In this document: positions 28,081 to 36,434 of the stretch, piece by piece
How the letters are laid out: every line of letters begins with the position of its first letter
Position numbering within the stretch: position 1 is the stretch's first letter
Origin: Bdellovibrionia bacterium
GTDB taxonomy: Bacteria > Bdellovibrionota > Bdellovibrionia > Bdellovibrionales > JAGQZY01
NCBI GenBank assembly: GCA_030424665.1
Contig: JAUHWN010000002.1
Location: 7,731 to 71,730, forward strand
Length of the DNA stretch: 64,000 nucleotides
Reading direction: 5' to 3'
The notes under the pieces: generated by a model
Databases searched by the model: none
Told to the model about the DNA's origin: nothing
The model's input: only the letters and a program-made list of their open reading frames with translations
Position numbers and translations under genes: made by a program

Positions 28081-28151
28081 GAAATCTCCAAAATTAACAC
28101 AACTGGTCAGATGATTCTACAATCTATAAACAAGTCTAGGATTTGTCAAAA

Positions 28152-28187
28152 AGACAAAAAAAAAGAGGGAGGCACTATTCCTCCCTC
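28152..28187 (-). terminator. rho-independent terminator (minus strand)
   Basis: An 8-bp stem GAGGGAGG/CCTCCCTC with a 7-nt loop. On the minus strand a run of 9 T's follows. It lies 36 nt downstream of the stop at 28223. Confidence 0.85.
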
Positions 28188-28222
28188 ATTGACCTAATTA
28201 GAGCTGGGCCGATCCTGAAGCT

Positions 28223-28759
28223 TTACTCATCCCCAATGACCCGAGTACCTTCTTTACTCGTCGATTGCTTAAACTGGGCTTGCTTTCGCGAAGCCTGACC
28301 ATCCCCATAGTCGAGCAGCAAGGTGATTTTCGTCACTCTCATAGCCGCTCCCCGTGGCTTTAAGTTGAGGCGATCTTTTTGCGGACCCCAAACCAAATCC
28401 AGATCAACCCCGGTTTTCTGCACTCTATTTCCTAGGCTAAACACCTTCACAGGGCTGTCCCCCAACGAAAGTATTCCTCTCTTGCCCGATTCTGTAGTTA
28501 CCAAAATTTTGAGAATACGAACGCCGTCTATATTCTCTAGATCAAAAAGAGTATCAATCGGCAAATACTCACCTGGAAGGAGAGTCTGATTCACTTCTTT
28601 AACAAGTAAAATGCCGTCTTTTGTTTTGGAAATCTCTTGAGATTCACTAAGGTCTGCAGCCTGAATAGACCCAGCAAATAGTAGAATCATAATGACACTC
28701 ACGAGCGAGCGCCCTAGATATTCGAGCTTTTCCATTAACGTACCTCTTTTTTGCTCCAT
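28223..28759 (-). CDS. hypothetical secreted protein
   Basis: Signal peptide SLVSVIMILLFAGSIQA. No recognisable motif. A strong terminator follows. Confidence 0.5.
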   Translation of the reverse strand: MEQKRGTLMEKLEYLGRSLVSVIMILLFAGSIQAADLSESQEISKTKDGILLVKEVNQTLLPGEYLPIDTLFDLENIDGVRILKILVTTESGKRGILSLGDSPVKVFSLGNRVQKTGVDLDLVWGPQKDRLNLKPRGAAMRVTKITLLLDYGDGQASRKQAQFKQSTSKEGTRVIGDE

Positions 28760-28866
28760 AGAAAGTATCGGCAGACTCTACCAAAGTCTGAGTAAATGTC
28801 GAAATATTTGCTAGTTTTCTCAAATTAATACAGGGATCTTGAAAAATTCTCAGATTGAAGGCGTAT

Positions 28867-29706
28867 TTATTCACTAAAAAAGTCGCTAAGTGCCCGAATA
28901 AAGGCCTCCGATTGCTCAGAGTGAATCCAGTGGCCTGCCTCTTTAATTACTTGCCCCTTGGCCTTCTGATTCCTATTGAGCATTTCTTCGAAGATCTCAG
29001 GGCTGAGTTCCAATGACCTCTCGCCTCTGAGGAGTAGAATGGGCAAATCGAGTGATTCCCACTCCTTCCAACGATCTTGGGCTCGTCCCGCCTCGAGACT
29101 ATCAAAAATCCCCTTTTTCGAAAAACGCCAGTCCATTTTGCCATTATCCAAACTCTTGAGGTTGGCAAAAAGATATTGAGCCAAAGCTTGGGGATTTTGC
29201 CGATCGGCAAACTTCTTCGGAAATTCCATTTCAAAGAACTCCTTAGCCTGATCTCGGCTGGCAAAAGGAGCTGGAACGCCATTGATTAGACTTCGAATTC
29301 GATCAATATTTGAGCGATCAGCCTCGGGACCAATATCTTCGACCACTAACTTTTTTACGCGCCGCATATTATCAGAGGTAAATTGGATGGCATTTCTTCC
29401 TCCCAATGAGTGGCCGACGAGGGTAATTTCCGGCCAATTCAGCTCATCTAGTATTTTTTCAAGGTCTGCAGCGAAATCTTCTGGACGATATCCGGAATTT
29501 GGCTGAAAAGATCGGCCATGACCCCTTTGATCATAGACCAAAATCTGATATTCCTGTTCGAAGGCTTTGGTGATTTTTCGCCAGTTCGAAGAGAAGCCCA
29601 TGAGTCCGTGTAAGAATACGAGTTTAGGAAGCTCCGAGGAGCCGTAAAGTTGATAGTGGAAATTTTCTAAGTATGACATCTCAACTCCAAGAGGAATCTC
29701 AAACAA
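28867..29706 (-). CDS. alpha/beta-fold hydrolase
   Basis: Oxyanion region LVFLHGLMG, nucleophile elbow GHSLGG, and the C-terminal His context EAGHWIH. The start may be the ATG at 29679 (MSYLENF). Confidence 0.8.
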   Translation of the reverse strand: MFEIPLGVEMSYLENFHYQLYGSSELPKLVFLHGLMGFSSNWRKITKAFEQEYQILVYDQRGHGRSFQPNSGYRPEDFAADLEKILDELNWPEITLVGHSLGGRNAIQFTSDNMRRVKKLVVEDIGPEADRSNIDRIRSLINGVPAPFASRDQAKEFFEMEFPKKFADRQNPQALAQYLFANLKSLDNGKMDWRFSKKGIFDSLEAGRAQDRWKEWESLDLPILLLRGERSLELSPEIFEEMLNRNQKAKGQVIKEAGHWIHSEQSEAFIRALSDFFSE

Positions 29707-30977
29707 ATAGTAAAGCTACTTCATCTCCTAGCACGAGCCCCGTGAATAAGCCATCTCTTCATAAAGCATGGATTGATCCGCACGCCTTAGGTATCGTTAA
29801 GGCTTTGCAAAAAGGCGGTTACACCACTTATCTCGTTGGTGGATGTGTTCGCGATTTACTCATTGGTATTACGCCAAAAGATTTCGACATCGCTACATCA
29901 GCCCCACCACAAAAAGTAAGAAAGCAGGTTTACCAGTCTTATATTATCGGTAAACGGTTTCGTCTTGTTTTAGTTAAGCGAGATGATCACCAATACGAAG
30001 TTGCGACCTTTCGCAAACAGCCGCCCCAAGAAGACATCCCGGATGTGGGTCCGATTTTAGAAGACAATCTCTTTGGAAGTCCCAAAGAAGATGCGACTCG
30101 AAGAGATTTTACCATTAACGGTTTGTTTTACGACCCCGTTAAAGAGGATCTTATCGATTACAATGAAGGTCTTCGCGACATTCAGTTGAGAATGATTCGA
30201 ATGATCGGCGACCCCTACCAGCGCCTCGAAGAAGACCCAATTCGAATTTTGCGAGCCCTACGCTTAGCCCATAAAATTCAGTTTAGCATTGAGCCCGAAC
30301 TCAGAGAGGCCATGCAGTCCCAGGCAGAAACTTTGAAGTTTTCTGTCTTACCTCGAAAGCGCGAAGAGCTTTTGAAAATTCTAAGACTCGCGCATCCAGA
30401 GCTCGCCTTTGCCGAAGCCTTCGACTTAGACGTACTCCGGTATGTAATACCAAGCCTTCACGACGTATTGATGCAAGAAGGTGTCGCTGAGGCCTTTTTT
30501 AATAACCTCAAACACTACCTAAAGTTTAGAGATGATTTGAGTGACAACATTCAAATTTTTGGACTCTTCCTTTATGCCATATTCAGAACTCTCAATGGCG
30601 AAATTCCTGAAAAATTTCCGTCTAGCAATCACTTCCTAGAGGATGATTTCTATTCGCAAATCATGCGCGACGAACTGGGAATGTTTAAATACGAGCAGCA
30701 ATCTGTTGCACGCGCTATTCAATTGCTGAATGTCCTCGATCGATTGGACTCTTTTAATCAACGAACTCCCAGTCGACAACTGGCACTCCTCAAAAATGAA
30801 GGGTTTTGTTTGGCTTTGCAGTTTGCTGAGGCTGATTGCCTGATTCACCCGAGAAAACTCAATACCTGGCACAATCTCTACAATGAGAATATCGACCAGA
30901 TTTCCTCAATCGAGGATGAAAAGGCTAAACGCCGCAAGAAAAAACGCAAAAAGAAATACCAAAGATCTTCCAAATAA
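29673..30977 (+). CDS. pcnB: poly(A) polymerase I (class II nucleotidyltransferase)
   Basis: GGCVRDLLIG..PKDFDIAT and RRDFTINGLFYD. The published bacterial PAP signature [LIV][LIV]G[RK][RK]Fx[LIV]h[HQL][LIV] is satisfied by IIGKRFRLVLV. No HD motif is present. The tail is basic (KRRKKKRKKKYQRSSK). The start is uncertain and could be the GTG at 29742. Confidence 0.8.
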   Translation: MTSQLQEESQTNSKATSSPSTSPVNKPSLHKAWIDPHALGIVKALQKGGYTTYLVGGCVRDLLIGITPKDFDIATSAPPQKVRKQVYQSYIIGKRFRLVLVKRDDHQYEVATFRKQPPQEDIPDVGPILEDNLFGSPKEDATRRDFTINGLFYDPVKEDLIDYNEGLRDIQLRMIRMIGDPYQRLEEDPIRILRALRLAHKIQFSIEPELREAMQSQAETLKFSVLPRKREELLKILRLAHPELAFAEAFDLDVLRYVIPSLHDVLMQEGVAEAFFNNLKHYLKFRDDLSDNIQIFGLFLYAIFRTLNGEIPEKFPSSNHFLEDDFYSQIMRDELGMFKYEQQSVARAIQLLNVLDRLDSFNQRTPSRQLALLKNEGFCLALQFAEADCLIHPRKLNTWHNLYNENIDQISSIEDEKAKRRKKKRKKKYQRSSK

Positions 30978-31098
30978 CGGTCTTCGTCAGGCGCGCATAA
31001 AAAGAGTCATTCTAAATACCTTTTTGGTCCCTAATTTCGCTCTCAGAGGGCTTGAGCTTTGCATTTCTAGTGGACCTATTAAAAAGGCTTGGGTCAAA

Positions 31099-34000
31099 TT
31101 GAAGTGGATTAAATACTTACTACAAATATTAATAATTACACTTGGTTTAATTTTTTCAACCATTGGACTCACTCATGCCCAAGGAGAACCTACAGATGCT
31201 GAACTTTGGTGGGACTCTAAAACGATCCATCACTTTTTAGTGAAACCGAGCCCCAATGCTAGCGGACTTTTTGATTTTTTTGATATGTTAGAAAATGATC
31301 CAAAAGCCGAAACCGTTCTCAAAGAACAGCTTTTGAAAAAATACCCAAGTCTCCTTAGATACTATCAACAAGGTCTGAACTTTAAAGCGGAATACCAAGA
31401 ACTTGTTCGCAATAGAATTCAAGACGATCATCATGGCTATCATCTTTTCTTTACCAATTATGCCATTCAAAGGGTGCTGGAGTTATCGGAAACCATCGCT
31501 ATTGATCGAACTGAAGCTCCCCTCGATTTTAGGGAACGAGAACGACGAGCTCTTGGCCATGTCTCTCAGAGATATGGACTCGCATCAGGAATTACCACCG
31601 CTGACCTTCGAAGAGGAATTCTAGAGAACTCCGGAGATCTTTCTCAACATTACGAAAATGCACTCCTTACCTACGATCGACTTATGTTTTTTTATGAAGG
31701 TGAAAAGGAGAGAAAAAAAAGGATCGCTCCTCTGAGTGTTGATGAAATTCTAGATACTCTTAGTAGCGAAATTATGGAGGCTCGACTCAATAACCTGCGA
31801 GCCACCGTTGAGTTGGCTCGAGAAAAACGAGCAGCTAGAAATATCCACCTCAAGACATTGGATGGAAATTTAATACCAGTCCACGAAATAGGAACTGTCA
31901 CCCAAATCCAAGAGACGAGTTCAGGAACTGAAACTCACACTGTTTTTTCTAAAGGAGTGTCATATAGTACAGACTTTCAAAGAAGGTCATGGTGGGGATT
32001 TTTATTCGGAGGATGGACCAATTTTTCAGTACCAAATGTTCGAGAAAACTCATGGGTCCGTGACTTCCTGCTACCAGAACGATTTAAAGCTAGAAACAAT
32101 AAAAATTCAGTTCTTATTGAAACTGAGACTGATCGCTACGTCATATCTAGGTCTGACTATGAGAAGTTACTTAACGAATTGCGACTAAAAGGGTCTGACA
32201 ATCCGCAGGCTGGAAGAAAAAAACTAATCAAACGATTTCAAATCGAAGCTTCTGCAAGAGAAGCTCTTTTAGCAGACCTTTTTACTTTTGTTGTTCAAAC
32301 GCGATTTCCAGATACCAATACGCTCCTGACTCAACTGGAACAATATCAGAGTAAACTGACTAGGGAACAAAGAGCGACTGGCCTATCACTAAGTCTCATA
32401 TCTTCGATTGAGGGAAAAGAATCCTATTCATCACTCGGCTTTCTCAATGGATTGCGATGGTGGGGATATTCTTTTCATCCTGGCAACTGGCTCAGGCGAG
32501 AAATCCTAGCACAAGATCAACTCCTTCCGAGTATTTTTAAACTCAAAAACGGTATGGCTTTCAAAAAACTAGATAAACATCAAAAGAAAGCCTTGAAAGA
32601 AGAAAAGGATCAAGTGAAAAAGTGGCGCGCGACCAGAGGGCTCCGAAGGTGGCGAGTATATAGATGGATTGTCGGTGTCAGTTTACTTCTCGCTCCTTTA
32701 AGCCCCGGCTTAATTGATGTTTCGAATGTCTGGCAAAATGAAGAGCCCGCCCCTAGTCTGAATCAAAACCCAATGCATATGGAAGAGAGCTCATCTGAGC
32801 ATTATATAGGCTCGGAAGAACAAAAACAATTACAAGGGAAGGTAGAATTATTTAAGGTAAGAGACTTTAATTTTGTAAATTGGAACAGAACTATTCATAT
32901 TGCAACTGAAAGTAATCTCCCTCGGTCAGCCATCGAAAATATGGATCCCACAAACGAAGGAGACGATGTTGTTTTAATTGCGCCAGAGCCTTTGCAAACC
33001 ACACCCGAGGACGTATTTTCAATCGAAACCATTCAGTATGTTGTTCCTCTAAATGGTAGAGTTGGAATTGCAACTCCTTCTGGCTTTGAAGTCTCAAGAA
33101 TTCGAGTGAACGAGGTCGCAAAACTAGAAAATGAGAGTTGGCTGAACACTCCATTAACAATAAACGAAGACTACAAAGTCTATAGAATTCCGACAAATGG
33201 ACTTTATTACCTTGAATTGGCTAATCCCAATGTGGAAGGAATTAAATATACAGTCAGCTTTGAGAAAACAGACGCTCCTGCTGTAAAAATCGACTTCGAA
33301 TTTGACCCAGAAACACTTCGTATACTTTCTCTTGAAAACTATAAATTGGGAGCGGAAAAAGTGGCGACAGAGATTTATAGATATTCTCAAGGGGGATATC
33401 GTAGTCTCAGCTTAACTCAGCTTGAAGGAATCTATTCAAGTCACTCAATTTATACTTTTGATTACCAATCTGATGGTGAAAGTCAGATCGAACCAAGTGA
33501 TCTGTTTCAGGGACTAGAGCAGTATTCTAAAGATGGTTATCTTTGGTACCAGTGCACTGGTGCGGCCGCACACTTGGCTGAAAGTTTTGAATATGCTTTT
33601 AAAAGACAAAGTGCTCCGTACCAAGCCCAACAAGTTAGTGGGTATAATTATGGAGAGCGATACGTATCAAGTGGTTTTATCGTCTCAGGTGACATGGCTC
33701 ACAGTCAGGTTCTCGTAAGTGACAAAAGAAATGACTTTCAATATGAAATTTTTGATTCTACCCCCTACGAAAGAACTCCCCCTGAGCCCGAGCCAATCGA
33801 ACTACCTCGAGCCTATGAGCAACTCTTTACTCGTCCCGAGCAACCACGCGAAATTAAAGAGTCCGAGTCACTGGCTCAAGCTCGAATTAATCGAGCCCTT
33901 CATTTGTTTGATGAAGTAACAATTATATCTCAGGAGCTGAATGAACTCGCAGAAAAATTAGGTCCAGAGAATCCTATCTTTAATAATCCTAGAGAATTGC

Positions 34001-34461
34001 GAGCCTTACCACAAACGAAACTTATGGCAATCTCTAGAGTTCTCCAAGAGGCTAAAAAAGAAGATATCACGTTTAGAAAAGCGATTTTTAAGATCTATCT
34101 TATTTCTCAAGGACAATTTGAATCCTATAATTTCGAGTCAGACCAAGAGTGGGTGGCGGCTTATAATGAACAAGTTGAGATTGACGGCGGCTACCAAAAT
34201 TTAATTCAGAATATATTGACGGGAATTAATGATAGTATGGGACAACTCTACTCTGGACTCGATAAAAACGTAGACAACGAGAGCATTCAACAAATTCAAT
34301 ATTTAAATTCAAGTCCTTGGCGGACACGTCATCGAAATCTAATTCAAATCCTATTGGCTGTCGATTTAAACGCAGTCTTCGATGGAGAATTGGTATCCAT
34401 GGAATATTCGCGTCTAACTAACAATCGTTGCGAGAATCTCTTTATCGAGTCATATCTATAA
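31099..34461 (+). CDS. large (~1120 aa) membrane-associated protein with a C-terminal transglutaminase-like Cys-protease core
   Basis: The frame is open from 30883. I propose the TTG start at 31099 (LKWIKYLLQILIITLGLIFSTIGLTHA, a signal or TM segment), which avoids the overlap with pcnB. A second TM lies near WIVGVSLLLAPLSPGL. The candidate triad is Cys at 33553 (WYQCTGAAAHLA), His at 33700 (MAHSQVLV), and Asp at 33754 (IFDSTP). Spacing is typical of the transglutaminase-like superfamily. Confidence 0.6.
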   Translation: MKWIKYLLQILIITLGLIFSTIGLTHAQGEPTDAELWWDSKTIHHFLVKPSPNASGLFDFFDMLENDPKAETVLKEQLLKKYPSLLRYYQQGLNFKAEYQELVRNRIQDDHHGYHLFFTNYAIQRVLELSETIAIDRTEAPLDFRERERRALGHVSQRYGLASGITTADLRRGILENSGDLSQHYENALLTYDRLMFFYEGEKERKKRIAPLSVDEILDTLSSEIMEARLNNLRATVELAREKRAARNIHLKTLDGNLIPVHEIGTVTQIQETSSGTETHTVFSKGVSYSTDFQRRSWWGFLFGGWTNFSVPNVRENSWVRDFLLPERFKARNNKNSVLIETETDRYVISRSDYEKLLNELRLKGSDNPQAGRKKLIKRFQIEASAREALLADLFTFVVQTRFPDTNTLLTQLEQYQSKLTREQRATGLSLSLISSIEGKESYSSLGFLNGLRWWGYSFHPGNWLRREILAQDQLLPSIFKLKNGMAFKKLDKHQKKALKEEKDQVKKWRATRGLRRWRVYRWIVGVSLLLAPLSPGLIDVSNVWQNEEPAPSLNQNPMHMEESSSEHYIGSEEQKQLQGKVELFKVRDFNFVNWNRTIHIATESNLPRSAIENMDPTNEGDDVVLIAPEPLQTTPEDVFSIETIQYVVPLNGRVGIATPSGFEVSRIRVNEVAKLENESWLNTPLTINEDYKVYRIPTNGLYYLELANPNVEGIKYTVSFEKTDAPAVKIDFEFDPETLRILSLENYKLGAEKVATEIYRYSQGGYRSLSLTQLEGIYSSHSIYTFDYQSDGESQIEPSDLFQGLEQYSKDGYLWYQCTGAAAHLAESFEYAFKRQSAPYQAQQVSGYNYGERYVSSGFIVSGDMAHSQVLVSDKRNDFQYEIFDSTPYERTPPEPEPIELPRAYEQLFTRPEQPREIKESESLAQARINRALHLFDEVTIISQELNELAEKLGPENPIFNNPRELRALPQTKLMAISRVLQEAKKEDITFRKAIFKIYLISQGQFESYNFESDQEWVAAYNEQVEIDGGYQNLIQNILTGINDSMGQLYSGLDKNVDNESIQQIQYLNSSPWRTRHRNLIQILLAVDLNAVFDGELVSMEYSRLTNNRCENLFIESYL

Positions 34462-35938
34462 GCTCAGAGTCTTCGTAGTAATAGGTCACGATCTCTTCGG
34501 CCCTTTTACCTTTGAGGGCAAAGAGCTGGGCACCCCATTGAGACATCCCCACCCCGTGGCCAAAACCGTGACCGACAACAGTTTGCCAACCGTTCTTCAT
34601 GGGTGAGAGTTCATATAAATAGGAGCGAATACCGCCAAATAAACTCATAAAAGATCGGCTATCTTCCCTCGAAAGAAGAGTTTCATGACCATCCGAATAG
34701 ACAACCTTAAGTTGCCAGGTTCTACCGCTGGGCCCCTTAACACCTGATTCAATTTGTTTGAATCCGCTCGTAGGAATCCCCTTCTCTTGAAGCTTTCTAA
34801 TAAGGTTTGTACGGGTTAGTCTTGCGTCTTTACCCCAAGTACCGGTGATTCCCGTTTCTTCGCGAATGCCTTCAACATCTGGCTTGATTACAAGATAGTC
34901 GGGGTTACTATCAGTATTAAAGCACTCATCTGCACGACACGTGATACCGCCTGAGTTACTCGAAAAATAGGCCTTTAGAATTTCATTGTCATGAAACAGA
35001 GCTAAATTGGCAGTATCTTCAACGGCTCGACTGGTACGTTCAACCTCCATGACCCTAAGTGAGCCATTTCCTTTTTGAAAAGACTGGCCACGATAGCTTT
35101 GAAACCACGTTGTCGGGTCTACGTCCCATTTTCTTTGAATGATTTTTCTGGACTCCATCATTTCAAAAAGTGCATAAGTTCTTGCGGCGATCGCTTGTGC
35201 TCGCAAAGCCTGATCATGCCATGAGTGAATAACTTCTGATGGAACGACCGCTAGGAGGTAATCATTTACAGGAAGAACGTTAATGATCGACCATACGTTT
35301 TCTCTGACTTGATCTTCAATCATCTTTGAAACGACAAAGCTCTGACTTTCATTCTCGCGAACGAGCTTGGGCACTATGTTCTTTGAGTATGTCGTTTGTT
35401 TGTTTACAAATTCACCCCGCAATTCGAGGCGCATCTCATTTGTTTTACCTCGGTCCCAACGCACCGTCGTAAATACATCCTTATCTTTTGGAACAAACCA
35501 ATAAACATCAAGATCCAGACGTCGCCCATCAACAAAAATGTTATTTCGATCGAATTGGAAGACTATCTTCTTACCACTTAATACGAGGCTCCCATTTTGT
35601 TCATTACGGACTTCTATGCCTTTTGAATTGTAAAGTTCAGCTCTATAAATATTCTCTGTTAAGGGATAGGGATCTCGGTAAGGCGCTGTCATTACAGGAA
35701 ACATTCTCACCCAAATGTTTTTGTAACTGCGATCGGGCTGGTTGGGATCTACCGGATTGAGTCCCCTCCAATCATCTACGATCTCATTGGATGCTCCAAC
35801 AGGAACTAAGGGAATATCCGCTGGCGGAGGATCGACGCCCAAGTATAAGTCATCAGCAACTTTTGATTCTTTTGCACATGAAAGCATCAGTGTGCATAAA
35901 AACAATGCAGAAAGTATGCGCTTAAACAATGAGCTCAT
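34442..35938 (-). CDS. SpoIID/LytB-domain protein (peptidoglycan lytic enzyme family), lipoprotein
   Basis: Lipobox LMLSCAK. SpoIID motifs ALRAQAIAARTYAL, YFSSNSGGIT, and GHGVGMSQWGA. Confidence 0.85.
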   Translation of the reverse strand: MSSLFKRILSALFLCTLMLSCAKESKVADDLYLGVDPPPADIPLVPVGASNEIVDDWRGLNPVDPNQPDRSYKNIWVRMFPVMTAPYRDPYPLTENIYRAELYNSKGIEVRNEQNGSLVLSGKKIVFQFDRNNIFVDGRRLDLDVYWFVPKDKDVFTTVRWDRGKTNEMRLELRGEFVNKQTTYSKNIVPKLVRENESQSFVVSKMIEDQVRENVWSIINVLPVNDYLLAVVPSEVIHSWHDQALRAQAIAARTYALFEMMESRKIIQRKWDVDPTTWFQSYRGQSFQKGNGSLRVMEVERTSRAVEDTANLALFHDNEILKAYFSSNSGGITCRADECFNTDSNPDYLVIKPDVEGIREETGITGTWGKDARLTRTNLIRKLQEKGIPTSGFKQIESGVKGPSGRTWQLKVVYSDGHETLLSREDSRSFMSLFGGIRSYLYELSPMKNGWQTVVGHGFGHGVGMSQWGAQLFALKGKRAEEIVTYYYEDSELIDMTR

Positions 35939-36179
35939 CCTTGCCCCCCTAAAAATATCCGAATGTCCCTATAAATAGTTGGTAATTTTGTTAGGAAAAG
36001 GTCAAGGCGACTGCTTGGTCTTGAGTCCTAGGTCGAGTCCAAATGTCTTAAAATAAGAAAAAATCCTTTACCAAGGCCCTAAATATAAGGATAAAGGGCT
36101 GAATTTAGGGGATTTTTTAAATGCCCCTAGAGAAATGACCCAGTCATTGTCATAATAAGAAGTATCGGAGGCATCTCGT

Positions 36180-36413
36180 ATGGGCGTATCTGTATGGCAA
36201 ATTTTAATTATCGTACTTGTTGTTGTTCTTTTATTCGGAGCAAGACGACTCCCTGAACTCGGTAAATCGCTGGGTGAAGCCATCAATGGATTTAAAAAGG
36301 GAATCAGTACAGACGATTCGATCGATGTAACTGAAGATAAAGAAAAAATCGAAAAGGGTGAAGAAGAAGCCGCCCAAGCATCCGCTAAAGAAAATTCAAA
36401 AGAGAAAGCCTAA
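36180..36413 (+). CDS. tatA: twin-arginine translocase subunit TatA/E
   Basis: 77 aa. N-terminal TM plus hinge: WQILIIVLVVVLLFGARRLPELGKSLGEAINGFKKG. RBS GGAGG lies upstream. Confidence 0.9.
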   Translation: MGVSVWQILIIVLVVVLLFGARRLPELGKSLGEAINGFKKGISTDDSIDVTEDKEKIEKGEEEAAQASAKENSKEKA

Positions 36414-36428
36414 GGCTTTCTCTTTTTT
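36401..36428. terminator. bidirectional rho-independent terminator
   Basis: AGAGAAAGCC-TAA-GGCTTTCTCT followed by TTTTT. The tatA stop codon forms the loop. It lies between convergent genes. Confidence 0.75.
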
Positions 36429-36434
36429 CTTATT

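Noticed and set aside
30883-31098. The N-terminal 72 codons of the 1192-aa track ORF, which overlap the pcnB 3' end by 95 nt.
   Set aside because: The translation of this part (MRISTRFPQSRMKRLNAARKNAKRN...) is the alternate-frame image of the pcnB basic tail. A TTG at 31099 directly precedes a signal-peptide-like segment. Alternative GTG/TTG starts nearby cannot be excluded.
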